DNA from: Flavobacteriales bacterium
GTDB taxonomy: Bacteria > Bacteroidota > Bacteroidia > Flavobacteriales_D > Crocinitomicaceae
Assembly (NCBI GenBank): GCA_046073985.1
Contig: JBJTNI010000027.1
Location: 64,052-128,051 of the forward strand
Direction: 5' to 3'
Length of the DNA: 64,000 nucleotides
Shown: positions 10,165-19,352 of the stretch, one piece after another
How positions within the stretch are numbered: position 1 is the first letter of the stretch
Layout: every line of letters starts with the position of its first letter
Position numbers and translations under genes: made by a program
Notes under the pieces: model-generated
The model's database searches: none
What the model was told of the DNA's origin: nothing
What the model saw: the letters and a program-made list of their open reading frames with translations, nothing else

Positions 10165-11455
10165 TTTCGGGTTGTTTTTTCTCTACTTCGTTGATTTTAA
10201 AAGCAGAAGGTATAAGTTCCGGCACGAGTTTCATGACAATCGGAAGGATGAGTGTGCCACCAGGCAATAAAAACAAAGCCAACGAGGGCATGGATTTTAG
10301 GATATCGTAGACCTGCTCTTTGACTTGTTCTTTTTCTTGGCTACTGAGTTCTTGTTTGGTAGACTTCTGAAGTAGCGCCATGAGCTCTTTGCTCTCTTTG
10401 ATTTCAGATATCAGTCGATCTCGGTTGCGTCCTATGATTTTGAGCCATCGTTTACTTGTTTCTTTGTAGGCAAAACTAGATTCAGTTGACTGCTTATAAA
10501 CCAAAAGTTGATCGGCTGTACTTTGTGCAATAAAGGCACTACAGAGCTCTTCAGAAGCCAGCATTTGCTGCTCGGTCATTTGCAGCACACGGCCAAGCTC
10601 GTGTAATTTGAGCCGTTCTTGTTGACTAATTTCGTGTGTTCCTTGAATTAAAAAATGCCCATATTCATAGGTTATTTGCTGCAATAATGGATCTTGAACA
10701 AGTTCTTGCTTGAGAAGTTTGAGCGGAATTCCAATTTGGAGACGGTCTGAAAATATGCGTCTTATTTTATTTGGTAAAGCAGCTGAAATCAAAAAGTGCT
10801 TGAAAATCTTTTGCTCTTGCTTCTCCATTTTTTGATCGGAGAAACCAGCAAAGAGTAAACCGTTTAGAACAGAAATGGCCGCAGCCTGATATGCCTGATG
10901 AAATGCTTCTTTTTTTCCGTCAAGAAATGATCTAAATAGGATGACGTCCAAAAATATAAACGCATTAGAAAGGTGGTTGAGCCAAAAATTGATACCGAAG
11001 AAGGATGTTTTTATTTTGACCCTAGATTGTAGAATAAGTTCTAGTTTTCTTTCGGGGCTTTGGATCAATTTCAGTTGAATGCGATCCAAAAAATTCAGGC
11101 CTGATGGGTTGGCATAAAATTCAGTCAGAAAAGCAATGAATTGTGCCTTATTAATGGGTTGTTGTGTTTTTCTTAAATAGGTAAACAAATGCGTTTCAAA
11201 AAGCAGTAATTTGAGCTGCTCATCGGTATTCATTTGCTGTTTGTTCAGGGCATTAGAAAAAATAAAGTTCTTAGGAGTACCATAAATGAGACCTGTCTGA
11301 TGCGAGATAAAGTGGGTGAGGTTTTCAGTTTGGATATGGATCAGTTCGTCGTCTAATTCGAAAACGCCCTGCTCGTATAGTTCAAAAAACTTGGCAATCC
11401 AATTTTTGGAACCTGGTGAAAATGAGATGGCACTGAACGCACTTGGCATGTTCAA
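10154..11455 (-). CDS. LETM1-like protein (possibly the 'LETM1-related biofilm-associated protein' family)
   Basis: C-terminal segment MPSLALFLLPGGTLILPIVMKLVPELIPSAFK resembles the LETM1 TM/post-TM motif (VPF..[22 protein letters not shown]). Confidence 0.55.
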   Translation of the reverse strand: MNMPSAFSAISFSPGSKNWIAKFFELYEQGVFELDDELIHIQTENLTHFISHQTGLIYGTPKNFIFSNALNKQQMNTDEQLKLLLFETHLFTYLRKTQQPINKAQFIAFLTEFYANPSGLNFLDRIQLKLIQSPERKLELILQSRVKIKTSFFGINFWLNHLSNAFIFLDVILFRSFLDGKKEAFHQAYQAAAISVLNGLLFAGFSDQKMEKQEQKIFKHFLISAALPNKIRRIFSDRLQIGIPLKLLKQELVQDPLLQQITYEYGHFLIQGTHEISQQERLKLHELGRVLQMTEQQMLASEELCSAFIAQSTADQLLVYKQSTESSFAYKETSKRWLKIIGRNRDRLISEIKESKELMALLQKSTKQELSSQEKEQVKEQVYDILKSMPSLALFLLPGGTLILPIVMKLVPELIPSAFKINEVEKKQPENEM

Positions 11456-11457
11456 AT

Positions 11458-13731
11458 TTAAGCTTTATAACACACGCTGAACAGAATTTTTTTTTCAAAA
11501 AATGCACCGGGTTTTGTGGAAAAAGCTCGAAAATACATGACATAAATTCCTGCAGGCACTAATGTCCCGAAAGTAGTGCTGCCATCCCAGTAACAGACCC
11601 CTTGTGTTGCGATACTTTCGTTAAATAATACGTTTTGAAGGAGTTGTCCATTTAATGTGTAAATACCGACACAGGCTATCAAACCCGGATCTTTCATTTG
11701 GTAGACAATTTCGAGTTGATCGTGGTAGGCATCTAGGTCAGGGCTCATGTCGGGGTGTGTTAAATGAATCTCACCTTCAAAAGTAACCTGACTGTGTTGA
11801 GAATTTTGACAACCAGGGGTAGCGCCACCTACAGTTTGTGCCGCTGAAAACCAATTTTCAGGATCTTGTGTAGTGGCACTAGAGCTGATTCTTTCTAAGC
11901 TAAAACCTTCAGGATCTGGCAATAATGAAAAATGCCATCGCGACAAATAATGTAGGGAGTCTAGTGTTTGGTGATCATTGAAAAGTACACAAGTACCTGA
12001 ATCGTTGTAGAAATAAGGCAGGTCGATTTGTTTCAAATGTGAACTTGCAGTGAGTGGATAATTTGCGAGCAGAAAAAGCGTGTCAGGACACAGTGCCAAG
12101 AATTGTTTGGGCTCAATTTTTTCTTGATTCAAGAAAATAGAATCTTGTAGATTGTGCAATCCACAATCAGAGAGATCCAAGTATTTCTCACTTTGGTTCA
12201 ATAATTCAACAAAATCGTGGCCCTCGTTTGGCGGATCAAACAAGATTTCATTGATGAGTAAATCACCTTTTTGTGGTTTTTCGTATCGAACGAAATCCCC
12301 GACTAGTTCTTGTGTATTATTCCAACAGTCTGTAGCAAAATCTATTTGATAAAAATAGGGATAACTCGGTAAGATCGTGTCGTAGAAATAGAGCAGCATT
12401 TGCGCACCATTCAAACAATTTTGATAATTGAGAATTTGCCGTTCGTATGGGCCGATACCGGGTAAAATTGAAATGGAGCTATTCGCCAATGACAGACTAT
12501 CCATAGGCTCAGAAAAGTTGAAAGCGACATAATGAGCATCTAACACACAGATTTGTAATAGAGTAGGAGCAATTGTGTCTGAATGCGGGTCAAAAATTGC
12601 ATTTGTTGCTCCGGGTGTTCCTCCAGCAGCAGCGGTGCATGCACCCCAGTTATCTTGATTCGAGCAAGGGTCTGACAGAGATTTTCTTTCCAAACTAATA
12701 GCATCCGTTGAATATTGACTACTTCCATACCAAGAGGCTTGATAAACGACTTGATCTAGCATTTCACTGTTATGATTTTTGAGTGAAATGGGTTCTCCTG
12801 AATTATTGAGGCCCGGAAATGCAGCAACTTCTACAATATTGGCAATTCCAAAGCCTATACTTTTGTTAGTCCCGACCAAAACCACATAAGATTGCGCCTC
12901 GAGCCAAAACGACGGCAAAGTGCAAATACCGTTGCCGTCTTGAATTTTAAGACCTCTTAATTGGATCAAGTTGGGGCTATTGTTGTAAATCTCTAAATAT
13001 TCTGTTGCCGGAAGACCATACAATGTATCGGGGTTTGCCATGATTTCTGTAATAATAACCGCCGAGGAAAGAGGGTCTAAGGGTATTCCAAAATAAAAAT
13101 CATCGATGTAAAAAGCTGCAGCATTAGCAGCTGTATAGTGCATTTCAAAACCAGCATATGGTTGCCAATTTTGATTTGAGACATTGGCTTGGAATTGAAG
13201 TTCTAGTGTTGTTGAATTTGAAAATTGGGCAAAAAGCGCAATAGAATTTGCAGTGATGATCAATTTTAAATCTGCGGCAAAAGCATTGGCAATTTGTCCT
13301 AATGGTCCCGATGCCAATAAACTATCTGTGCCATTTTGCCTTTGATAGAGTTTGATGGCATCTGTTGAGCTGCTTTCGCCAAATTGTAAATAAAAACAAT
13401 CGGTGCTATTTTGAAAATCAGCTGACTGTGCCTGAAAGTAAAAGCGCCCAAAATTCAAACTTGAAGGGCTAAAATTTTCTCTGTACCAAAATTGTATGCT
13501 CAATGTGTCGAGTGCAAAGTTGGGGAGTTGTGTCCATATCAATGAGGTATCCGCAAGGGTTTGATTGAGTTGTAATTGGCGCGCAATATTGATGTAAAAA
13601 TGACTGGTATCGCCCTGCCAAAGAATTCCCTGATTGAGGTTTTGGTCATGAAAATCGTCGTGGACCTGATTTTGAGAAAAATGGATGGTTCGGACGAAAA
13701 TAACGAAAAGCAAAAGATAAGGACGTAGCAT
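11458..13731 (-). CDS. lamin-tail-domain (LTD) secreted protein with probable T9SS-type C-terminal domain
   Basis: Two LTD-like segments (IITEIMANPD...EYLEIYNNS and LLINEILFDPPNEGHDFVELLNQS). C-terminal ~80 aa beta-sandwich-like (GIYTLNGQLL...GIYVMYFRA). Signal peptide from the ATG at 13731; a TTG at 13740 is also possible. Confidence 0.65.
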   Translation of the reverse strand: MLRPYLLLFVIFVRTIHFSQNQVHDDFHDQNLNQGILWQGDTSHFYINIARQLQLNQTLADTSLIWTQLPNFALDTLSIQFWYRENFSPSSLNFGRFYFQAQSADFQNSTDCFYLQFGESSSTDAIKLYQRQNGTDSLLASGPLGQIANAFAADLKLIITANSIALFAQFSNSTTLELQFQANVSNQNWQPYAGFEMHYTAANAAAFYIDDFYFGIPLDPLSSAVIITEIMANPDTLYGLPATEYLEIYNNSPNLIQLRGLKIQDGNGICTLPSFWLEAQSYVVLVGTNKSIGFGIANIVEVAAFPGLNNSGEPISLKNHNSEMLDQVVYQASWYGSSQYSTDAISLERKSLSDPCSNQDNWGACTAAAGGTPGATNAIFDPHSDTIAPTLLQICVLDAHYVAFNFSEPMDSLSLANSSISILPGIGPYERQILNYQNCLNGAQMLLYFYDTILPSYPYFYQIDFATDCWNNTQELVGDFVRYEKPQKGDLLINEILFDPPNEGHDFVELLNQSEKYLDLSDCGLHNLQDSIFLNQEKIEPKQFLALCPDTLFLLANYPLTASSHLKQIDLPYFYNDSGTCVLFNDHQTLDSLHYLSRWHFSLLPDPEGFSLERISSSATTQDPENWFSAAQTVGGATPGCQNSQHSQVTFEGEIHLTHPDMSPDLDAYHDQLEIVYQMKDPGLIACVGIYTLNGQLLQNVLFNESIATQGVCYWDGSTTFGTLVPAGIYVMYFRAFSTKPGAFFEKKILFSVCYKA

Positions 13732-13743
13732 TGCAAACAAAGA

Positions 13744-13751
13744 TTAATTTT
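13744..13751 (+). promoter_or_regulatory. -7 box TAATTTTG, 14 nt upstream of the asd ATG
   Basis: Exact TAnnTTTG match in a 25-nt intergenic gap. Confidence 0.45.
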
Positions 13752-13765
13752 GTCAAAAAAAACAA

Positions 13766-14752
13766 ATGAAAGTAGCTGTCGTAGGTGCAACAGGAATGGT
13801 CGGATCAGTAATGTTGCAAGTTTTATCTGAGCAAAAATTCCCTTATTCCGAATTACTGATGGTCGCCTCCGAAAACAGCGTTGGTAAAAAACTAACGTTT
13901 GACAATCAAGAATATGAAGTGATTGGTCTGCAAACAGCAGTTGCTGCTCGCCCTGATATTGCTATTTTTTCTGCGGGCGGCGACACCTCTTTGGAGTGGG
14001 CGCCTCGTTTTGCTGCGGTTGGAACCGTTGTCATTGACAATTCTTCTGCCTGGAGAATGGATCCAACAAAAAAACTCATCGTTCCGGAAATCAACGGACA
14101 ACAACTCACCAAACAAGACCTCATCATTGCAAACCCCAATTGTAGTACTATCCAACTTGTACTGACACTTGCACCACTTCATGCAAGATACGGAGTCAAA
14201 AGAGTGGTCGTTTCAACTTATCAATCGATAACAGGAACAGGTGTCAAAGCGGTTCAGCAATTAGAAAATGAGCGCAATGGCATCAGTGGTGAAATGGCAT
14301 ACAAATATCCTATTGACAAAAATTGTATTCCACAATGCGATGTATTCACTGAAAATGGATACACCAAAGAAGAAATGAAGCTAACCAACGAAACCAAAAA
14401 AATACTTGACCCAAGTATCAAAGTTACAGCAACGGCAGTGCGTGTACCTGTTGTTGGTGGGCATTCTGAGGCAGTCAACATTGAATTTGAACAAGATTTT
14501 GACCTTATAGAAGTAAAAAAAATATTAGCACAAACTCCTGGCATAATAGTGCAAGATAACCTTGAAGAATTTGCCTACCCGATGCCACGATTTGCTGAAG
14601 GTAAAGATGCTGTTTTTGTAGGCAGAATTCGCAGAGACGAAAGCCAAGAAAATACGCTCAACCTTTGGATAGTAGCTGACAACTTGCGCAAAGGAGCCGC
14701 CACAAATGCTGTTCAGATTGCACAAATTGTTGAAAAACTATTTGCTCAATAA
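13766..14752 (+). CDS. asd: aspartate-semialdehyde dehydrogenase
   Basis: N-terminal VAVVGATGMVG Rossmann motif, active-site ANPNCSTIQ, 328 aa. Confidence 0.95.
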   Translation: MKVAVVGATGMVGSVMLQVLSEQKFPYSELLMVASENSVGKKLTFDNQEYEVIGLQTAVAARPDIAIFSAGGDTSLEWAPRFAAVGTVVIDNSSAWRMDPTKKLIVPEINGQQLTKQDLIIANPNCSTIQLVLTLAPLHARYGVKRVVVSTYQSITGTGVKAVQQLENERNGISGEMAYKYPIDKNCIPQCDVFTENGYTKEEMKLTNETKKILDPSIKVTATAVRVPVVGGHSEAVNIEFEQDFDLIEVKKILAQTPGIIVQDNLEEFAYPMPRFAEGKDAVFVGRIRRDESQENTLNLWIVADNLRKGAATNAVQIAQIVEKLFAQ

Positions 14753-15603
14753 CCAACGAGGTTAAGATCCAATGCTTGGCTTGCTCCCTTTTGTCCAGCA
14801 ACCATTGAACCTATTTTACAAGCAAATTTCAAACAATCTTGCGGATTAGATTGAAGTTGTCTTTGATGAAGCAATGCCGCTAAAAAAGCATCGCCAGCTC
14901 CAATGGTATCTATCACTTTTGTAGCAAAACCAGTTTGTTGGTAGTGTATTCCATTTTCAAAGTATTCAGCACCTTTTTCACCTTTTGTAACACACCATGT
15001 TTTGTTTGGGTAGTAATCATTCAACTTGCTTAATCTTGCTTGACAATTTTTTTCATTTACGTTCAACTGTTCGCAAATCCAATCAAATTCATTGTCATTC
15101 ATTTTAACCAAATGTGCTTTCAAAATGAATTGATTGATGAGTTCCCAATCGTAAAAGGGTGCACGTAAATTGATGTCAAAAACAACTTCTTGTGCTTGAT
15201 CAATCAATTTGATAATTGTTGCTCGATTCAAGTCTGATCTGAGTGCTAAACTGCCAAAAATCAATTGAAATGGTTTTGTCGAAATATTCTGTGCTGGAAT
15301 TTCATCCCAGGCCACGCCCTCCACAATAGTGTAGGAAGCATTTCCGGCTGCGTCTAGTTCGACGGCAACAGTACCTGTTGGAAGGTGATCTGATACATGT
15401 ACGTCTTTGGATAGTTTCATGTCCTTCAGTAAATTCAGTAATTCTTTACCGAATGCATCCTTTCCGATGGCCGTAAAGAGTCGAACATCTTGTTTAAATT
15501 CTTTTAAGCGAAAAGCTACGTTCATTGGTGCGCCTCCGGCTACTTTTCCACTTGGAAGCATATCCCAAAGAACTTCTCCAAAACAAATAATGTGCTTGAT
15601 CAT
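14746..15603 (-). CDS. PfkB-family carbohydrate kinase (fructokinase-like)
   Basis: GGAPMNVA near the N-terminus and a DTIGAGDAF signature. Start ATG at 15603 forms an ATGA overlap with the MFS stop. Confidence 0.8.
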   Translation of the reverse strand: MIKHIICFGEVLWDMLPSGKVAGGAPMNVAFRLKEFKQDVRLFTAIGKDAFGKELLNLLKDMKLSKDVHVSDHLPTGTVAVELDAAGNASYTIVEGVAWDEIPAQNISTKPFQLIFGSLALRSDLNRATIIKLIDQAQEVVFDINLRAPFYDWELINQFILKAHLVKMNDNEFDWICEQLNVNEKNCQARLSKLNDYYPNKTWCVTKGEKGAEYFENGIHYQQTGFATKVIDTIGAGDAFLAALLHQRQLQSNPQDCLKFACKIGSMVAGQKGASQALDLNLVGY

Positions 15604-16835
15604 GAGCGCGTCAATTCTGCTGTGATTTCTTCTATACTTTTCCCTCTGGTCTCTGGCATAAACCAATAAATCCAAATCAGTTGTGCGCACATCGCTAAAC
15701 AAAATATGGCAAAAACAATATCAGCCCCAATTTGCTCAAATAAATAAGGAATAAGTGCAGGAATGAGTGCTGCTAATATCCAATGAATTGTAGAACCAAA
15801 TCCCTGACCAGCAGCTCTTAAGTGGTCCGGAAAAAGTTCTGAAATAAAAACCCATATGACCGTCCCTTGCCCTATTGCATGAGCGGCAATAAATAAGAAA
15901 AAGAAATAGGGCACTAATTCTTCATTCCACTGCCAATGAAAGCTAGCCGTAACAAGTCCAAGTGAGCATATGTAGCCAACCCCACCAATGTACATTAGTT
16001 TTTTTCTTCCAACTTTATCGACTAGTGCAACACCTAAAAAGGTAAAGCATAAGTTGACCAAGCCAACGCCAACAGAACTTAAATGGGCAGCTTTTTCATT
16101 CAATCCGGCGAGATCAAATATGCGTGGTGCGTAATAGAGAAACGCGTTAATGCCTGAAAGTTGATTGAAAAAAGCTACAAAAAAGCTCAGCCACAATACT
16201 TTTCGATAAGAAGTGTCATAAATACGTTCATTTGAAATGCTGTGTTTGGCAGTTTCCCAACGCACACTTTCAGGAAGAATTAGGCCTGCTAAGGCAAATA
16301 TAACTGATGGTACAATTTGTACTCCGAGCATGTATCTCCAAGCATTTGGCCCTACATCTTTCAGTAAAAAGTTTGACAAAAATGCAATGACAATCCCAAA
16401 GACGATATTGAATTGGTACAAGCCTACCAGGCGTCCTCGAAAACGAGCAGGCGAAATTTCAGAAATATAACTTGGCGCTGCAATCGTGGATACACCAATT
16501 CCAATGCCGCCTAGGAAACGAGCAATTGCAAAAAACCAAGGACCCTGTGCTAATGCTGTTCCTGCGGCCGAAAGCGTAAATAATATTCCAATTGAAATGA
16601 GGCTTTTTTTACGCCCTAAAATATTGGTAGGAATGTGCCCAAAAATGGCTCCAAGCACGGTTCCCCACAAAGCCATCGACATGACAATTCCTCCATGAAA
16701 TAAATCCGAGGTTTGCCAAAGGTCCTGTAATATTTTATCTGCACCAGAAATGACTACTGTATCAAATCCGAAAAGAAATCCTGAAAAAGAAGCAATTCCG
16801 GCGTATAAAGCGGTTCGTTTAGTTAACTGTTCCAT
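15600..16835 (-). CDS. MFS sugar porter
   Basis: 12-TM profile with GRKKSL, PESVRW and PETRGKSIEEI sugar-porter motifs. Start taken at MEQLTKR. Confidence 0.85.
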   Translation of the reverse strand: MEQLTKRTALYAGIASFSGFLFGFDTVVISGADKILQDLWQTSDLFHGGIVMSMALWGTVLGAIFGHIPTNILGRKKSLISIGILFTLSAAGTALAQGPWFFAIARFLGGIGIGVSTIAAPSYISEISPARFRGRLVGLYQFNIVFGIVIAFLSNFLLKDVGPNAWRYMLGVQIVPSVIFALAGLILPESVRWETAKHSISNERIYDTSYRKVLWLSFFVAFFNQLSGINAFLYYAPRIFDLAGLNEKAAHLSSVGVGLVNLCFTFLGVALVDKVGRKKLMYIGGVGYICSLGLVTASFHWQWNEELVPYFFFLFIAAHAIGQGTVIWVFISELFPDHLRAAGQGFGSTIHWILAALIPALIPYLFEQIGADIVFAIFCLAMCAQLIWIYWFMPETRGKSIEEITAELTRS

Positions 16836-16926
16836 ACTTCGAAGATACGTATTGATTTTAAATTCATTGACTTTGATCAAATCAAGAAAATTTTAGAAAA
16901 TTGCACTTTTTGAACTTGATTTCGAT

Positions 16927-16934
16927 TATTTTTG
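16927..16934 (+). promoter_or_regulatory. -7 box TATTTTTG just upstream of the TPP riboswitch
   Basis: Exact TAnnTTTG match. The predicted TSS falls at the 5' edge of the aptamer. Confidence 0.5.
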
Positions 16935-16935
16935 C

Positions 16936-17018
16936 AGCGTCTCTAAGGGGTGCCGCAAGGCTGAGATCATACCCATTGAACCTGATTTGGATAATGCCAG
17001 CGAAGGGAAGATGACGAG
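16936..17018 (+). promoter_or_regulatory. TPP (THI-box) riboswitch aptamer
   Basis: GGGGUGC...GCUGAGA..ACCC.UUGAACCUGAU.UGGAUAAUGCCAGCGAAGGGAA core read directly. P1 candidate is CGUC (16938-41) with GACG (17013-16). Confidence 0.9.
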
Positions 17019-17074
17019 CTAATTTTTTAAGATCACCAAGAATTAGCCCCTTGTTCTTGTTTAATTTTTACGAA

Positions 17075-19324
17075 ATGAAAACAAGACTTTTATTACCAGC
17101 TTTTTTGTTTGCTTCGGCAAGCTTGGCACAGCAAACCGAGAAAATTGCAGCCGACACCATCAAAAAAATTCAAACAATTGAAGGCATTGTCGTTTCTAGA
17201 CTAAGAGCCAAAGACAATCCGAGTAATACAACCTTATCCAAAGAGGTTTTGGGCTTTAAAAATTTTGGCCAAGACATGCCTACTCTGCTAGAATTTACAC
17301 CATCGGTGGTTACTACCAGTGACGCCGGTGCCGGAGTAGGGTACAGTGGTTTACGCATAAGAGGCGTTGACGCCAGTCGCATCAATGTAACCATCAATGG
17401 TGTTCCAGTAAACGATCCTGAATCACATGACGTTTATTGGGTCAATATGCCTGACCTTGTGGGTTCAGTAGAGCATATTCAAATTCAAAGAGGGGTTGGC
17501 TCTTCGACAAACGGTGCAGCTGCTTTTGGAGCAAGTGTCAATATCAAAACAAGTGATCTCAAGGCAAAACCATATGCCCGTACAGATTTAGCCGCGGGTA
17601 CTTTTGGAACACTCAAAGGCACATTACAAGCAGGGACGGGTTTACTGAAAAATTGTTTAACACTTGATGCAAGACTATCTCAAATACAATCTGATGGCTA
17701 TCTTGATCGCGCCACTAGTGATTTAACTTCTTTGGCGCTAACTGCAACTTATCTTGCAAAAAAATCTATTTGGAAAGCTGTTGTGCTCAATGGTTCAGAG
17801 CGCACGTATCAAGCATGGTATGGTACACCTGAAAGCCGTTACAGAGGCGATTCTTTAGGTATGCTTGCATACGCGAGCAGAAATGGTTTAAATGCTGAAG
17901 AAACTTCCAACCTCATCAATTCAGGGCGTACCTACAATTATTACACCTATGCCAATCAAGTTGATCATTACAAGCAGGACAATTACCAGTTGCATTTTAT
18001 CCATAAATTTTCGAGTCGCTTAGATTTGAATTTAGCCGCCCATTACACATACGGGAGAGGATATTATGAAGAATATCGCAATGAAGACGCCTTATCTGAT
18101 TACGGATTAGCGCCAGTGTACATAGGTGGTGATACCGTTTTAAATACAGACTTGATCAGAAGAAGATGGTTGGACAATCATTTTATTGGGATGGTTTATG
18201 GTCTCAATTTTCAGAAAAATCAATATTTGAAATTTACGCTTGGGGGTGCAGTCAATCGTTACGATGGTCAGCATTTTGGCGAAGTCATTTGGGCGCAATT
18301 CGCTTCGAATAGTCAAATTTATGAGCGCTATTACGATAACGATGCACTCAAACAAGAGGCCAGTACTTTTCTCAAGACGAATTACCAAAAAAATGGCTTC
18401 GATCTCACCTTGGATTTGCAGTATCGCGGCATTAATTATCGTTTTTTAGGAGTAGATCAAGTTAGCGGAGTGCTTACAGATGTGACCCAAACGGTCAATT
18501 ATAACTTTTTCAATCCTAAAATGGCCATATCTAAATCATTTGGTCAGCAGCAAATTTTTGGATCAATTGGGCTTGCCAACAGAGAGCCAGTCCGTCGAGA
18601 TTTCCGAGAAAGCACTCCTACAAACCGCCCGTTACCCGAAAGAATGTACAACACTGAACTCGGATACCGCTTCCAAAATGAACGTCTATTTGCTCAATCC
18701 AATCTTTATTTGATGTATTACGACCAACAATTGGTTTTGACCGGGCAAATCAATGACGTAGGTGGTTACACTAGAACAAATGTTGATCAAAGCTACAGAG
18801 CTGGTCTAGAGCTCGAATTGCAATATGCAGTTTCCCGTCAAATCCGTTTACAAAGTGCTACTTCATTGAGTCAAAATAAAATCCTCAATTTTGTAGAATA
18901 CGTCGATGTTTACCTTGATGAGGCCCCTTATTACACGCAAGTTCAAATCAATCACGGCACTACAGATTTGGCTTTTTCACCAAACTTTATTCAAACACTC
19001 GGCCTTCAATATACACCATTTAAAGCGCTTCAATTGGCACTTCAAACCAAATATGTTTCGCGTCAGTACCTAGACAACACCTCCGACCTCAAACGAAGTA
19101 TAGACCCGTTTTCTTTCACTAATTTCATCATGAGCTGGAAAGTAAAGCAAACTTTCGCCGAAACATTTGAACTCGGTTTGTTGGTCAATAATATTTTTTC
19201 GGCTCAATACGCCAATAATGGCTACACATTTAGTTATCAATATGGCGGGCAAACCACAACCGAAAACTTTTATTACCCACAAGCAGGACGTCATTTCTTA
19301 CTCAGGATGAGCATGGCCTTTTAA
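17075..19324 (+). CDS. TonB-dependent receptor (candidate thiamine/precursor outer-membrane transporter)
   Basis: Signal peptide, plug domain (IEGIVVSR, LRIRGV, NGVPVND), long beta-barrel ending in an aromatic residue (MSMAF). Lies directly downstream of the TPP riboswitch. Confidence 0.9.
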   Translation: MKTRLLLPAFLFASASLAQQTEKIAADTIKKIQTIEGIVVSRLRAKDNPSNTTLSKEVLGFKNFGQDMPTLLEFTPSVVTTSDAGAGVGYSGLRIRGVDASRINVTINGVPVNDPESHDVYWVNMPDLVGSVEHIQIQRGVGSSTNGAAAFGASVNIKTSDLKAKPYARTDLAAGTFGTLKGTLQAGTGLLKNCLTLDARLSQIQSDGYLDRATSDLTSLALTATYLAKKSIWKAVVLNGSERTYQAWYGTPESRYRGDSLGMLAYASRNGLNAEETSNLINSGRTYNYYTYANQVDHYKQDNYQLHFIHKFSSRLDLNLAAHYTYGRGYYEEYRNEDALSDYGLAPVYIGGDTVLNTDLIRRRWLDNHFIGMVYGLNFQKNQYLKFTLGGAVNRYDGQHFGEVIWAQFASNSQIYERYYDNDALKQEASTFLKTNYQKNGFDLTLDLQYRGINYRFLGVDQVSGVLTDVTQTVNYNFFNPKMAISKSFGQQQIFGSIGLANREPVRRDFRESTPTNRPLPERMYNTELGYRFQNERLFAQSNLYLMYYDQQLVLTGQINDVGGYTRTNVDQSYRAGLELELQYAVSRQIRLQSATSLSQNKILNFVEYVDVYLDEAPYYTQVQINHGTTDLAFSPNFIQTLGLQYTPFKALQLALQTKYVSRQYLDNTSDLKRSIDPFSFTNFIMSWKVKQTFAETFELGLLVNNIFSAQYANNGYTFSYQYGGQTTTENFYYPQAGRHFLLRMSMAF

Positions 19325-19352
19325 AACTCGTATCTTTAGCAAAAAATAATTT

